This document shows, piece after piece, positions 40,127-48,205 of a DNA stretch of 64,000 nucleotides. The DNA is from Thermodesulfobacteriota bacterium (GTDB lineage Bacteria > Desulfobacterota_D > UBA1144 > Nemesobacterales > Nemesobacteraceae). A model generated the notes under the pieces. The model ran no database searches, had not been told where the DNA came from, and saw nothing but the letters and a program-made list of their open reading frames with translations. The position numbers were made by a program, and so were the translations under genes. The stretch is from NCBI GenBank assembly GCA_965208155.1, contig OZ242322.1:2175204-2239203 (forward strand). The letters run 5' to 3'. How positions within the stretch are numbered: position 1 is the stretch's first letter; each line of letters opens with the position of its first letter.

Positions 40127-40780
40127 ATGAGATTGGTAAATAGAGGCGAGGAACCAGCTACCCTGAAACGAAATTCAAAAAAATGGACGGAAGAGTTGCT
40201 CGATGCTCATGAAAAAGGGGATCAGAACGCAATTGAAAAAGCAGAAAACAGATACAGAAAGCCCGAAATTCAAAAAGCTCTAAAAGATATGTACGGCGAT
40301 CTTTGTTGCTATTGCGAGGGAACCGTGAGTGCTAATAGCTTTGGGCATATCGAACACCGAAAGCCCAAGAGAGAGTTTCCAAAATATGCGTTCAATTGGG
40401 ATAATCTTCATTGGGTTTGTTGGAAATGTAACAATGCAAAAAGTGACAAATGGAATAGGGACAATCCAATTTTAGACCCCACTGCTGATACAGAAATAAT
40501 TCCGACTCATCTTAAACCTATACCTGGTCTTGAAACTATTAAGTTTGATTCTGAAACGGGCTCAGGAAAAACCACAATAGAGCATGCTGATTTGAACAGG
40601 TTAGATTTGGCAAAAGCAAGACGCAAAGTTTGTAATTATGCTTTGGCGTTAAAAAATACGCTTGAAGCAGGGGAAGAATTTTTGAGCGATATAAACATTG
40701 AGAACATTAAGAACCTGATTAATGAGATGAGAGTAGAAGAGTACGGCAGTTGTGTAAAAGAAATTCTTGAACAATCCTGA
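40127..40780 (+). CDS. HNH endonuclease, Septu PtuB-like (copy 2)
   Basis: CCYCEG...IEHRKPK...CWKCNN. Starts 3 nt after the ATPase stop. Confidence 0.65.
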   Translation: MRLVNRGEEPATLKRNSKKWTEELLDAHEKGDQNAIEKAENRYRKPEIQKALKDMYGDLCCYCEGTVSANSFGHIEHRKPKREFPKYAFNWDNLHWVCWKCNNAKSDKWNRDNPILDPTADTEIIPTHLKPIPGLETIKFDSETGSGKTTIEHADLNRLDLAKARRKVCNYALALKNTLEAGEEFLSDINIENIKNLINEMRVEEYGSCVKEILEQS

Positions 40781-40991
40781 TCAAAGGGATTCCAAAATCA
40801 TTGAGCATCTGTGTCAGCGGATCGTTAAAACCCTTCCAGGGATCAGCAAATCCTCTATGTCCTCCGAGCTCTAACTTGCCAGTGGTCTCTTGATTCTTTG
40901 GAGGGAGATGCTTGTCAAAAAGCTCCCTAAACAGATCTTTTGTTTCTTTTTGACCTTTCGGTTCAAAAGCCTTATTTTTTCTACCCATAGT

Positions 40992-41053
40992 GGCGTATCC
41001 TCCTATTGATTTATTTGGCTGAATTCAAATCAACCGGATACGCCGCTTTTTTT
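40992..41053 (+). terminator. Candidate intrinsic terminator / structured junction after the six-gene operon
   Basis: 9-bp inverted repeat ggcgtatcc ... ggatacgcc (with a nested tgaattca palindrome) followed by gcttttttt. Confidence 0.3.
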
Positions 41054-41088
41054 CAAGTTCTCCATACGCCAGTTTTAACTATATCTCT

Positions 41089-41547
41089 GTGGAAGGGGGC
41101 AAGAGGGTTATGTTCACCCGTACCACGGACCTTGTGCAGAGACTCCAGATGGCCCACAGAGAGCTTCGTATGGAGAGTATGCTTGAGCGACTCAACCGTT
41201 ATGACCTGCTGATTCTCGATGATCTTGCGTACGTACGCAAGGACAGAGACGAAACCAGGGTGCTGTTTGAGCTTATATCGAACCGTTATGAGAGCAGATC
41301 ACTGCTTATCACGGCGAATCAGCCCTTTGAAGAATGGAAAAACGTGTTTCCTGACGAAAATACGGCTGTGGCGGCAGTGGATCGCCTTGTACATCACTGC
41401 GTAATCCTTGAAATGAACGTGGAGAGCTACAGATTGCGTCATGCTATGGAGAAAAACAAGGAGGAGGTGAAGAAAAAACGGGGCAGACCCGCGAAATACG
41501 CTACCGAGAATAACTCGGAGGGTCTGACCTCGAAAACTGGAGATTGA
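41089..41547 (+). pseudogene. IS21-family IstB helper ATPase, C-terminal fragment (no Walker A)
   Basis: Aligns with the IstB C-terminal two-thirds (DLLILDDLAYV...LITANQPFEEW...DRLVHHCVILEMNVESYRL). The N-terminal ~110 aa are missing. Confidence 0.6.
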
Positions 41548-41594
41548 TATCTGTCAGATATGCCGGTATCGTCTCACAATCAGCGACACCCAGA

Positions 41595-41714
41595 GTGTCA
41601 TCTTGATTGTCGCAACAGTGCCATCTTGATTGTCGCGCTACACGTCCGAATTCGCTCGGAATAGGTGTCCGAATTCGCTCGGAATCACTGTCCGAATTCA
41701 GTCGTAATATGCAA
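41595..41714. repeat. Five ~19-bp direct repeats at 23-bp periodicity (two sequence classes) ending in a 27-mer shared with 43671-43697
   Basis: Units start at 41595, 41618, 41644, 41667 and 41690. The first two are gtg(t/c)catcttgattgtcgc. The last three are gtccgaattc(g/a)(c/g)tcg(g/t)aat. Confidence 0.8.
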
Positions 41715-41834
41715 CCAGTCCGCTTGCGATAGCAAGCGTAGATATCTATCTCGAAGAGGAGCAAGAGAACGCGTAGGCACTCTATCTCTCCTTGGGGATA
41801 ATATACTTAACTATCCAAAGATAGTTTTCTGTAG

Positions 41835-42224
41835 TTAATTGAGTTTTATGGCGTTTTTTAATATTGCCTTAGTTGCATTCTTTTGGGTTCTGTGGAAGTA
41901 GTAGGCAAGCCCAGCGAATAGGAAAGAGCATAGGATTGGCAATACAATCTTTTGTTCCCACCATATAATCTGGGTCTCAGGGGACCGCTCAAGAAGGTTC
42001 CAGATATAAGAAAGTCCAAAGAAAAGAAAACCGGTAAATAGGGACCAGCATGTTGTTGAGGCGGTATTGAAAGCATTTAGTTGCTCAAGTTCTATTTCTC
42101 TGACTCCGAACACCTTGTCTTTTCTCCCCCAATAATCGCTCTCAACACGAGCTCCCAGCCTTTCAGAAGGACTCCCTGAATCATTCATTGGACTCCTCCC
42201 TCTCGGACTTGGATATAAGCTCAA
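41835..42224 (-). CDS. Hypothetical small membrane protein (2 predicted TM)
   Basis: 129-aa ORF in AT-rich DNA. Overlaps the upstream small ORF by 44 nt. Confidence 0.3.
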   Translation of the reverse strand: MSLYPSPRGRSPMNDSGSPSERLGARVESDYWGRKDKVFGVREIELEQLNAFNTASTTCWSLFTGFLFFGLSYIWNLLERSPETQIIWWEQKIVLPILCSFLFAGLAYYFHRTQKNATKAILKNAIKLN

Positions 42225-42477
42225 TTCCGTATTTGCTTAAAGCATCGAGTAAAACTAAGGTAGCAGCATAAGATGAGAGATATCCACATGTCAAGCAAAC
42301 GGTCAGAAAAGCCGGATAGTAGACCTTGTCGCTTACGCTTGGAACTTTGATTAGTTCATCCATCAAGGTGTATTTGTCTTTCTTGCATTTTGAGCAAACA
42401 TTGAGTCCGTGCTTGTCAATCCACCTCTTTATCTTTTCTTGGTCCTCTTGCGAGAGTTTTTCCAGCTTTTCAGCCAT
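42181..42477 (-). CDS. Hypothetical small protein with CxxC...CxxC
   Basis: 98 aa (CSKCKK...CLTCGY). First gene of a two-gene minus-strand unit. Confidence 0.3.
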   Translation of the reverse strand: MAEKLEKLSQEDQEKIKRWIDKHGLNVCSKCKKDKYTLMDELIKVPSVSDKVYYPAFLTVCLTCGYLSSYAATLVLLDALSKYGIELISKSEREESNE

Positions 42478-42611
42478 AAAATCTTTCCTCTTGTTTTAAA
42501 TTTGGTTGCGGGGATTATACCCGGCGGACTGGACTTCTTGAGTTTCCGGTGATGCTTCCACTCCCACAATTTTAGCCGGTACAGCCCCGGAAGCAACCTA
42601 AGTCCTTTCTT

Positions 42612-43268
42612 GTGGGGAGGGAATGCGCTGAGAGGGAGAGCAGGAAGCAGCGGCGTCTGGTACGCGACGCTTGCTTCAGACTCAGGGCCGATCTGGTAGA
42701 TATTGACTACGGACATTCCCGTAATCTGAGAAAGGCTCAGATAGCCGAGCTTGCCCATGGAGACTGGGTAGAGCGGGGTCGCAATCTTCTCATAACGGGT
42801 CCTTGCGGAAGCGGCAAGACATGGATAGCTTGCGCTCTGGGTCATAACGCGTGTCTGAAGAGGGATATCGGTTCGTTACTACAGGATCTCAAGACTGTTT
42901 CTGGTTCTCTCCCAGGCAAAGGTGGACGGAAGCTACAACAAGCTTCTCTCAAAACTGGCAAGAGTGAACTTCTTATCGTAGACGACTGGGGTCTTGAGGC
43001 TGTGACCACGGCCCAGAGATATGATCTGATGGAGATAATGGATGACCGTTACGGGGAGAGTTCTACTGTGGTGATAAGTCAGCTTCCGGTAAGCGAGTGG
43101 CATGGCATCATAGGGGACAACACTGTTGCCGACGCGATCCTTGACAGGATCGTTCACAACTCTCATCGTCTTGAGCTCGGTGGGGAGTCGATGAGGAAAA
43201 TCGTTGCGGAGAAGGAAGCGAAACAGGAGTTTGTAAAAGGAAAAGAAGAGAATAGAGATGATTGTTAG
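42612..43268 (+). pseudogene. IS21-family IstB helper ATPase, N-terminally truncated
   Basis: Walker A GPCGSGKT, Walker B LLIVDDWG, and a C-terminal DRIVHNSHRLELGGESMR. Only ~30 residues precede the DIDYGH(=DFDF) region. No istA nearby. Confidence 0.5.
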
Positions 43269-43484
43269 GCTCTGGGGGCATGAGAGAAAACAGAGGTGAT
43301 TTTTAGGAGAAAAAACAGACTTTTTACTCGTCGTTTGACAGGGCAATTCTGAACGTGTTAGAGTCTGTTTTGAAGAAGAAAAAAATGGGGTACACGTGTT
43401 CACTTTCCCTCGGAATTGGTGTTCAAATAAATCGTAATACGCACCGGGCATTGATAATAGCTCCGAATAAAGAAAGGATTTGAA

Positions 43485-43556
43485 ATGAAGCTAGTAAAAA
43501 TAAAGTTAAGTAATTTCAGGTGCTATCAATCAGAGACGGAATTTGTATTAGACTGA
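43485..43556 (+). pseudogene. 23-codon N-terminal stub of another AAA_15/OLD/PtuA-type ATPase
   Basis: MKLVKIKLSNFRCYQSETEFVLD* has the same N-terminal signature as the two PtuA-like genes (MKISKLRLKNIKCF...). It is cut off before Walker A. Confidence 0.3.
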
Positions 43557-43649
43557 ACTTCAAGTAGCAAACCCTATTTCAACCGGAACTTTTTCTCCAC
43601 CGACCTGCTCAATGATGTTTTTGGGAAAAAGGAACCGAGAAGTTCAATC

Positions 43650-43697
43650 GTCCGAATTCGTTTGTAATCGCTGTCCGAATTCAGTCGTAATATGCAA
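43650..43697. repeat. Two 23-bp-periodic repeats. The second (43671-43697) is identical to 41688-41714.
   Basis: gtccgaattcgtttgtaat, then ctgtccgaattcagtcgtaatatgcaa. The 27-mer is identical at both loci and followed by unrelated sequence. Confidence 0.8.
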
Positions 43698-43874
43698 GCT
43701 GGCCATATTTAAACTTGACAATCAGCCATCCTCTAATTCAACACTTAACCATTATGTAATTACCTTTTATAAAAGAAGAAATTTAGTAAAACAATTAAAT
43801 GAAATCATTAATCTAACAATTAGTCGAAATATAAAATTGCAATTAGTCGCAAAAATAATTATATTTGATTCGTC

Positions 43875-45121
43875 ATGCTTGAAGCAGATTGTACGCGACA
43901 CGTTGAATCGCGATTGAGAGAGGTCATTAAGGATTCTCCTGTCGTGTTGATTCAGGGCCCCCGCCAGTGCGGAAAAACTACCCTTGCCCGCATGGTGGCA
44001 GGACCGAGGGCTATCACTACATAAGCCTTGATGAAGAGGATGTTCGTGCCGCCGCCGAGGCGGATATTGCGGGATTTGTAAAGACTTTGCCCAAGCGCGT
44101 AATTCTGGATGAGGTACAGAAAGTGCCGGAGATATTCTCATCCATAAAGCTTGCGGTTGACCGCGACCGTGCTCCAGGGCGTTTTATACTGACAGGTTCG
44201 GTAAGCGTGCTGCATGTTCGCGGGATAACAGATTCTCTTGCCGGTCGCATGGATATAATCAGGTTGCATCCTTTTTCACAAAGTGAAATTGAGGGGAACA
44301 CGCCGGGTTTTCCGGAAGCTCTGTTCTCCTCGGAGTTTGATATATGGCAAAGTGGGAGAGATCTGTCGGAGATAATTGTTATGGATAAACTGGCTGCCGG
44401 CGGATACCCGGTTGCCCTTCAGCGCTCTGCGGAGAGGCGTGCCGACTGGTACAGAAAGTATATAGAGGTGCTCGTGGAGCATGATTCTCGTGACATTGCC
44501 GCAATACGTTCATCCGGGATTCTGTCACAGCTGCTTTCCCTTGCTGCCGCTCAGACCGCGAAGCTTCTTAACGTAACCGGTCTTTCCTCTTCTTTTAAAC
44601 TTAGCCGCAATACGATTCATGACTACCTTCTTCTTCTGGAAAAAATGTTTTTGCTTGAACGGCTGCCCGCGTGGCACTGCAATCACCTCAAGCGTCTGGT
44701 CAAGGCTCCTAAACTTCACGTTACGGATACGGGTGTCGCTTGCGCGCTTATGAGGATGAATAGCGCCGCACTCTCGGCGAACAGGCCTTTTTACGGCCAT
44801 CTTCTTGAGACCTGGGTGCTGCAGGAACTGCGTCGCCAGTTAAGCGGACACGCAGAGCCGCATATCTTCTCTCACTATCGGGAAAAGGATGGGGCGGAAG
44901 TCGATATCGTTATAGAACGCGGGGCAACAGCTCTTGCCGGGGTTGAAGTCAAGGCGTCGGCTACTGTGAGAGGTTCGGATTTTCGGGGATTGCGCAAACT
45001 CAGGGCTGCAGCGGGCGATCGTTTTTCCTGCGGAGTCGTGCTTTATAACGGAGAAAGAAGTCTGCGGTTTGGTGCGGGACTCTATGCGGTGCCTCTGCAG
45101 TCACTCTGGGCGACGGAATAA
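43875..45121 (+). pseudogene. DUF4143-type AAA ATPase, frameshifted
   Basis: The Walker A part (MLEADCTRHVESRLREVIKDSPVVLIQGPRQCGKTTLARMVAGPRAITT*) ends at a stop near 44023. The rest (from GYHYISLDEEDV...) continues in another frame to 45121. Confidence 0.6.
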
Positions 45122-45326
45122 GGCAACTAGGGATAGCAGAACGCTTTTCAATGATATTTTCTGGATGTATATCTGGATTGAAAAGATTCTAAAATCATTA
45201 ATTCAAGCTATTTAGGATCAAATATTTAATGCGTTTTCTATTGATTTTCCCTTGACTTTTATTTTACTCTGAAACCTTGACACTCCACTTTTGATGATTA
45301 GTTTGAGGGATGGAGGTACATGCTAG

Positions 45327-46187
45327 ATGCAAACTGCGGTTGCCACATGCGATTCTCTTTCGGTTTTCATGCGGGAGATGGAAAAACATCCGCTTCTCTC
45401 AAAAGAGCAAGAGTACGCGCTTGCAGTGAGATATTACGAAAACAGGGACCTTGAAGCGGCCAACAAGCTTGTGGTGTCAAACCTCCGGTTTGTTATGAAA
45501 ATCGCTTCTGAATACAGATACTACGGTTTTCCGATGATGGACCTTGTTCAGGAAGGTTCAATAGGACTTATGCGTGCCGTGAAGAAATTCAACCCCTACA
45601 AGGGGTACAGGCTCATATCCTACGCGGTGTGGTGGATCAGGGTAAGGATTCAGAACCACATAATGAAGTTCTGGAGTAACGTGAAGATCGGAACAACGCA
45701 GTCCCAGAGAAAGCTTTTCCAGAGAATAGAGGGGGCAAAACGTAAACTCGGGATAACCGCCACCAGCATGGAAGACGACGACATAAGCCGCCTGGCGGAC
45801 CATTTCGGCGTTAAGGAAGAGGAAATCTCCGAGATGCAGGTCCGCGCTTCCAAAAGAGATCTTTCCCTCTCGGAGCGTCCCGCAGGGGATGACTCCTCGG
45901 CCACTTATGGGGAACTGCTTCCCGACCCGTCGGATAACCAGGAGCAGGTGCTCAGTGAACTCGGGTTTGACAGCCTTGCCAGGAAGAATCTGCGCGAGGC
46001 TCTCGAGATGCTTTCAGAGAGACAGAAAAAGGTAATAAACGAGAGGTATTTCACTGAACCTCCAAGAAAACTCCACGAAATAGCCTGCGATCTCGGGGTT
46101 TCCCAGGAGAGGGTAAGGCAGATACAGGCCGAGTCCATAGGGAAACTCAGGGGACACATGGCCGAAAAACTAGAAATTCACCCGTAA
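45327..46187 (+). CDS. rpoH: RNA polymerase sigma-32 (heat-shock sigma factor)
   Basis: Sigma-70 regions 2-4 plus the RpoH box (QRKLFQ). Directly upstream of dnaK. Confidence 0.8.
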   Translation: MQTAVATCDSLSVFMREMEKHPLLSKEQEYALAVRYYENRDLEAANKLVVSNLRFVMKIASEYRYYGFPMMDLVQEGSIGLMRAVKKFNPYKGYRLISYAVWWIRVRIQNHIMKFWSNVKIGTTQSQRKLFQRIEGAKRKLGITATSMEDDDISRLADHFGVKEEEISEMQVRASKRDLSLSERPAGDDSSATYGELLPDPSDNQEQVLSELGFDSLARKNLREALEMLSERQKKVINERYFTEPPRKLHEIACDLGVSQERVRQIQAESIGKLRGHMAEKLEIHP

Positions 46188-46213
46188 CAAGAAGAAAACT
46201 CAGGAGGAATTAA

Positions 46214-48136
46214 ATGGCTTCTAAGATAATAGGAATAGACCTTGGAACGACTAATTCATGCGTCGCCATCGTTGAGGGCGGTGAACCGAAAGTGATAATC
46301 AACGAGGAAGGCACGAGAACCACCCCTTCGGTGGTCGCGTTTCTAAAGGACGGAGACGAGGTTCTGGTCGGCGGACCGGCAAAGCGCCAGGCCGTGGCCA
46401 ACCCCGAGAACACTGTCTACTCTACAAAAAGACTTATGGGCAGAAGGTTCGAGGAGATATCAAGCGAAGTTGACAGCCTTGCCTACAAGGTAGTGAAATC
46501 AGGCAAATCTGACGCCTGGGTCGAGGTTGAGGGAAAAGAGTATTCTCCCCCGCAGGTCTCAGCGCACGTGCTCACGAAGCTTAAGAAGGCTGCCGAGGAT
46601 TACCTGGGTTCAGAAGTCCAAGAAGCCGTTATCACCGTTCCCGCGTATTTTAACGACAGCCAGCGCCAGGCCACGAAAGACGCCGGAAAGATAGCCGGTC
46701 TTGACGTAAAGCGCATAATAAACGAGCCGACCGCGGCGGCTTTGGCCTACGGGTTTGACAAGAAAAAAGAGGGGATGATAGTGGTCTATGACCTTGGGGG
46801 CGGAACTTTCGACGTATCGGTGCTTGAGGTCGGAAACAACGTCATAGAGGTTAAGTCCACAAACGGGGATACCCACCTCGGCGGGGACGATTTTGACAAG
46901 AGAGTTATTGATTACATCGTTTCCGAGTTCAAGAAAGATTCCGGAATAGACCTCGGGGCGGACAAGATGGCCGTGCAGAGGCTTAGAGAAGCCGCGGAGA
47001 AGGCCAAGATCGAGCTTTCAAACACCGTTGAGACGGAAATAAACCTGCCATTTATAACGGCTGATGCAAGCGGTCCCAAGCACCTGGTGCTTAAGATAAC
47101 GCGCTCCAAGTTTGAGCAGCTCGTCGAGGATCTCGTAAAAGGCACCTTAAAGCCCTGTGAGCAGGCTCTCAGGGATGCGGGGCTTCGCCCGGGCGAGATA
47201 GCCGAGGTAATACTTGTCGGCGGATCGACCAGGATTCCGCTTGTTCAGAAAGTCGTGACTGACTTTTTCGCAAAGGAGCCGAGCAGGGGAATAAACCCCG
47301 ACGAGGTGGTTGCCATGGGGGCTGCCATACAGGCGGGCGTGCTCGGTGGAGACGTAACCGACGTGCTCCTTCTCGACGTGATACCGCTCTCCCTTGGTAT
47401 AGAAACCCTCGGAGGGGTCATGACCACCATTATCGAGAGAAATACGACTATTCCCACCAAGAAAAGCCAGGTCTTCACCACGGCTGAGGACAACCAGAAC
47501 TCGGTTGAGATTCACGTGCTGCAGGGAGAAAGGCAAATGGCAGCCGATAACAGGACGCTTGCCAGATTCATCCTGTCGGGAATTCCCGCGGCGGCAAGAG
47601 GGATTCCACAGATAGAGGTTACTTTCGACACTGACGCCGACGGAATACTCCACGTATCCGCCAAGGATAACGCGACCCAGAAGGAACAGAAAGTGAAGGT
47701 TGAAGCCTCAAGCGGGCTAAGCAGCGACGAGATTGACTCCATGGTCGAGGAAGCCGAGAAGATGTCCGAGAAGGACAAGGAGAAAAGCGAGCAGGTTCAG
47801 AAGAGAAACCAGCTTGATGAACTTGTCTACAGGACCGACAAGAGCTTCCAGGAACTTGGCGACGGCCTCTCTGAGGATGAGAAAAAGGAGCTTGAGCAGG
47901 CCCTTGAGGAAGGAAAGGAAGCACTTAAATCGGATGACTTGGGCAGGATTGACCAGGCTACGGAGAAAATAACCGCTGTTTCCCACAAGCTTGCGGAGCT
48001 TATGTACAAGAAACAGCAGGAAGAGGCTGCTACGCAGGGTGCCGGGGAGGGTGGACAGCAAGACTCTGCGTCCGAGCAGGGAAATTCCACTTCGGGCGAT
48101 GATGTTATAGACGCCGAGTTTACCGAGCAAAAGTAA
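46214..48136 (+). CDS. dnaK: Chaperone DnaK (Hsp70)
   Basis: [22 protein letters not shown] and the full-length Hsp70 layout. Strong RBS AGGAGG. Confidence 0.95.
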   Translation: MASKIIGIDLGTTNSCVAIVEGGEPKVIINEEGTRTTPSVVAFLKDGDEVLVGGPAKRQAVANPENTVYSTKRLMGRRFEEISSEVDSLAYKVVKSGKSDAWVEVEGKEYSPPQVSAHVLTKLKKAAEDYLGSEVQEAVITVPAYFNDSQRQATKDAGKIAGLDVKRIINEPTAAALAYGFDKKKEGMIVVYDLGGGTFDVSVLEVGNNVIEVKSTNGDTHLGGDDFDKRVIDYIVSEFKKDSGIDLGADKMAVQRLREAAEKAKIELSNTVETEINLPFITADASGPKHLVLKITRSKFEQLVEDLVKGTLKPCEQALRDAGLRPGEIAEVILVGGSTRIPLVQKVVTDFFAKEPSRGINPDEVVAMGAAIQAGVLGGDVTDVLLLDVIPLSLGIETLGGVMTTIIERNTTIPTKKSQVFTTAEDNQNSVEIHVLQGERQMAADNRTLARFILSGIPAAARGIPQIEVTFDTDADGILHVSAKDNATQKEQKVKVEASSGLSSDEIDSMVEEAEKMSEKDKEKSEQVQKRNQLDELVYRTDKSFQELGDGLSEDEKKELEQALEEGKEALKSDDLGRIDQATEKITAVSHKLAELMYKKQQEEAATQGAGEGGQQDSASEQGNSTSGDDVIDAEFTEQK

Positions 48137-48156
48137 GCCTCGAATTCAACTCCTCT

Positions 48157-48200
48157 TGTGGTTGCAAAGATGGCTTGATCAAATCATCTTTGCAACCACA
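48157..48200. terminator. Perfect 16-bp-stem hairpin between convergent dnaK and the helicase gene (bidirectional terminator candidate)
   Basis: tgtggttgcaaagatg, loop gcttgatcaaat, then catctttgcaaccaca. The downstream arm is also the left copy of the island-flanking direct repeat. Confidence 0.5.
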
Positions 48201-48205
48201 ATCTA

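Noticed and set aside
40719-40988. 89-aa minus-strand ORF overlapping the 3' end of HNH2
   Set aside because: Lys-rich, no domain, antisense overlap with a supported gene and the operon terminator region.
41595-41714. Regularly spaced 19-bp repeats considered as a CRISPR array
   Set aside because: Period is 23 bp with only ~4-nt spacers. There are two repeat sequence classes and no cas genes. Far better explained as IS21-type terminal repeats or iteron-like binding sites.
45277-45300. TTGACA at 45277 as rpoH promoter -35
   Set aside because: No convincing -10 at the proper spacing. rpoH genes often use multiple non-sigma70 promoters, so I left it unannotated.
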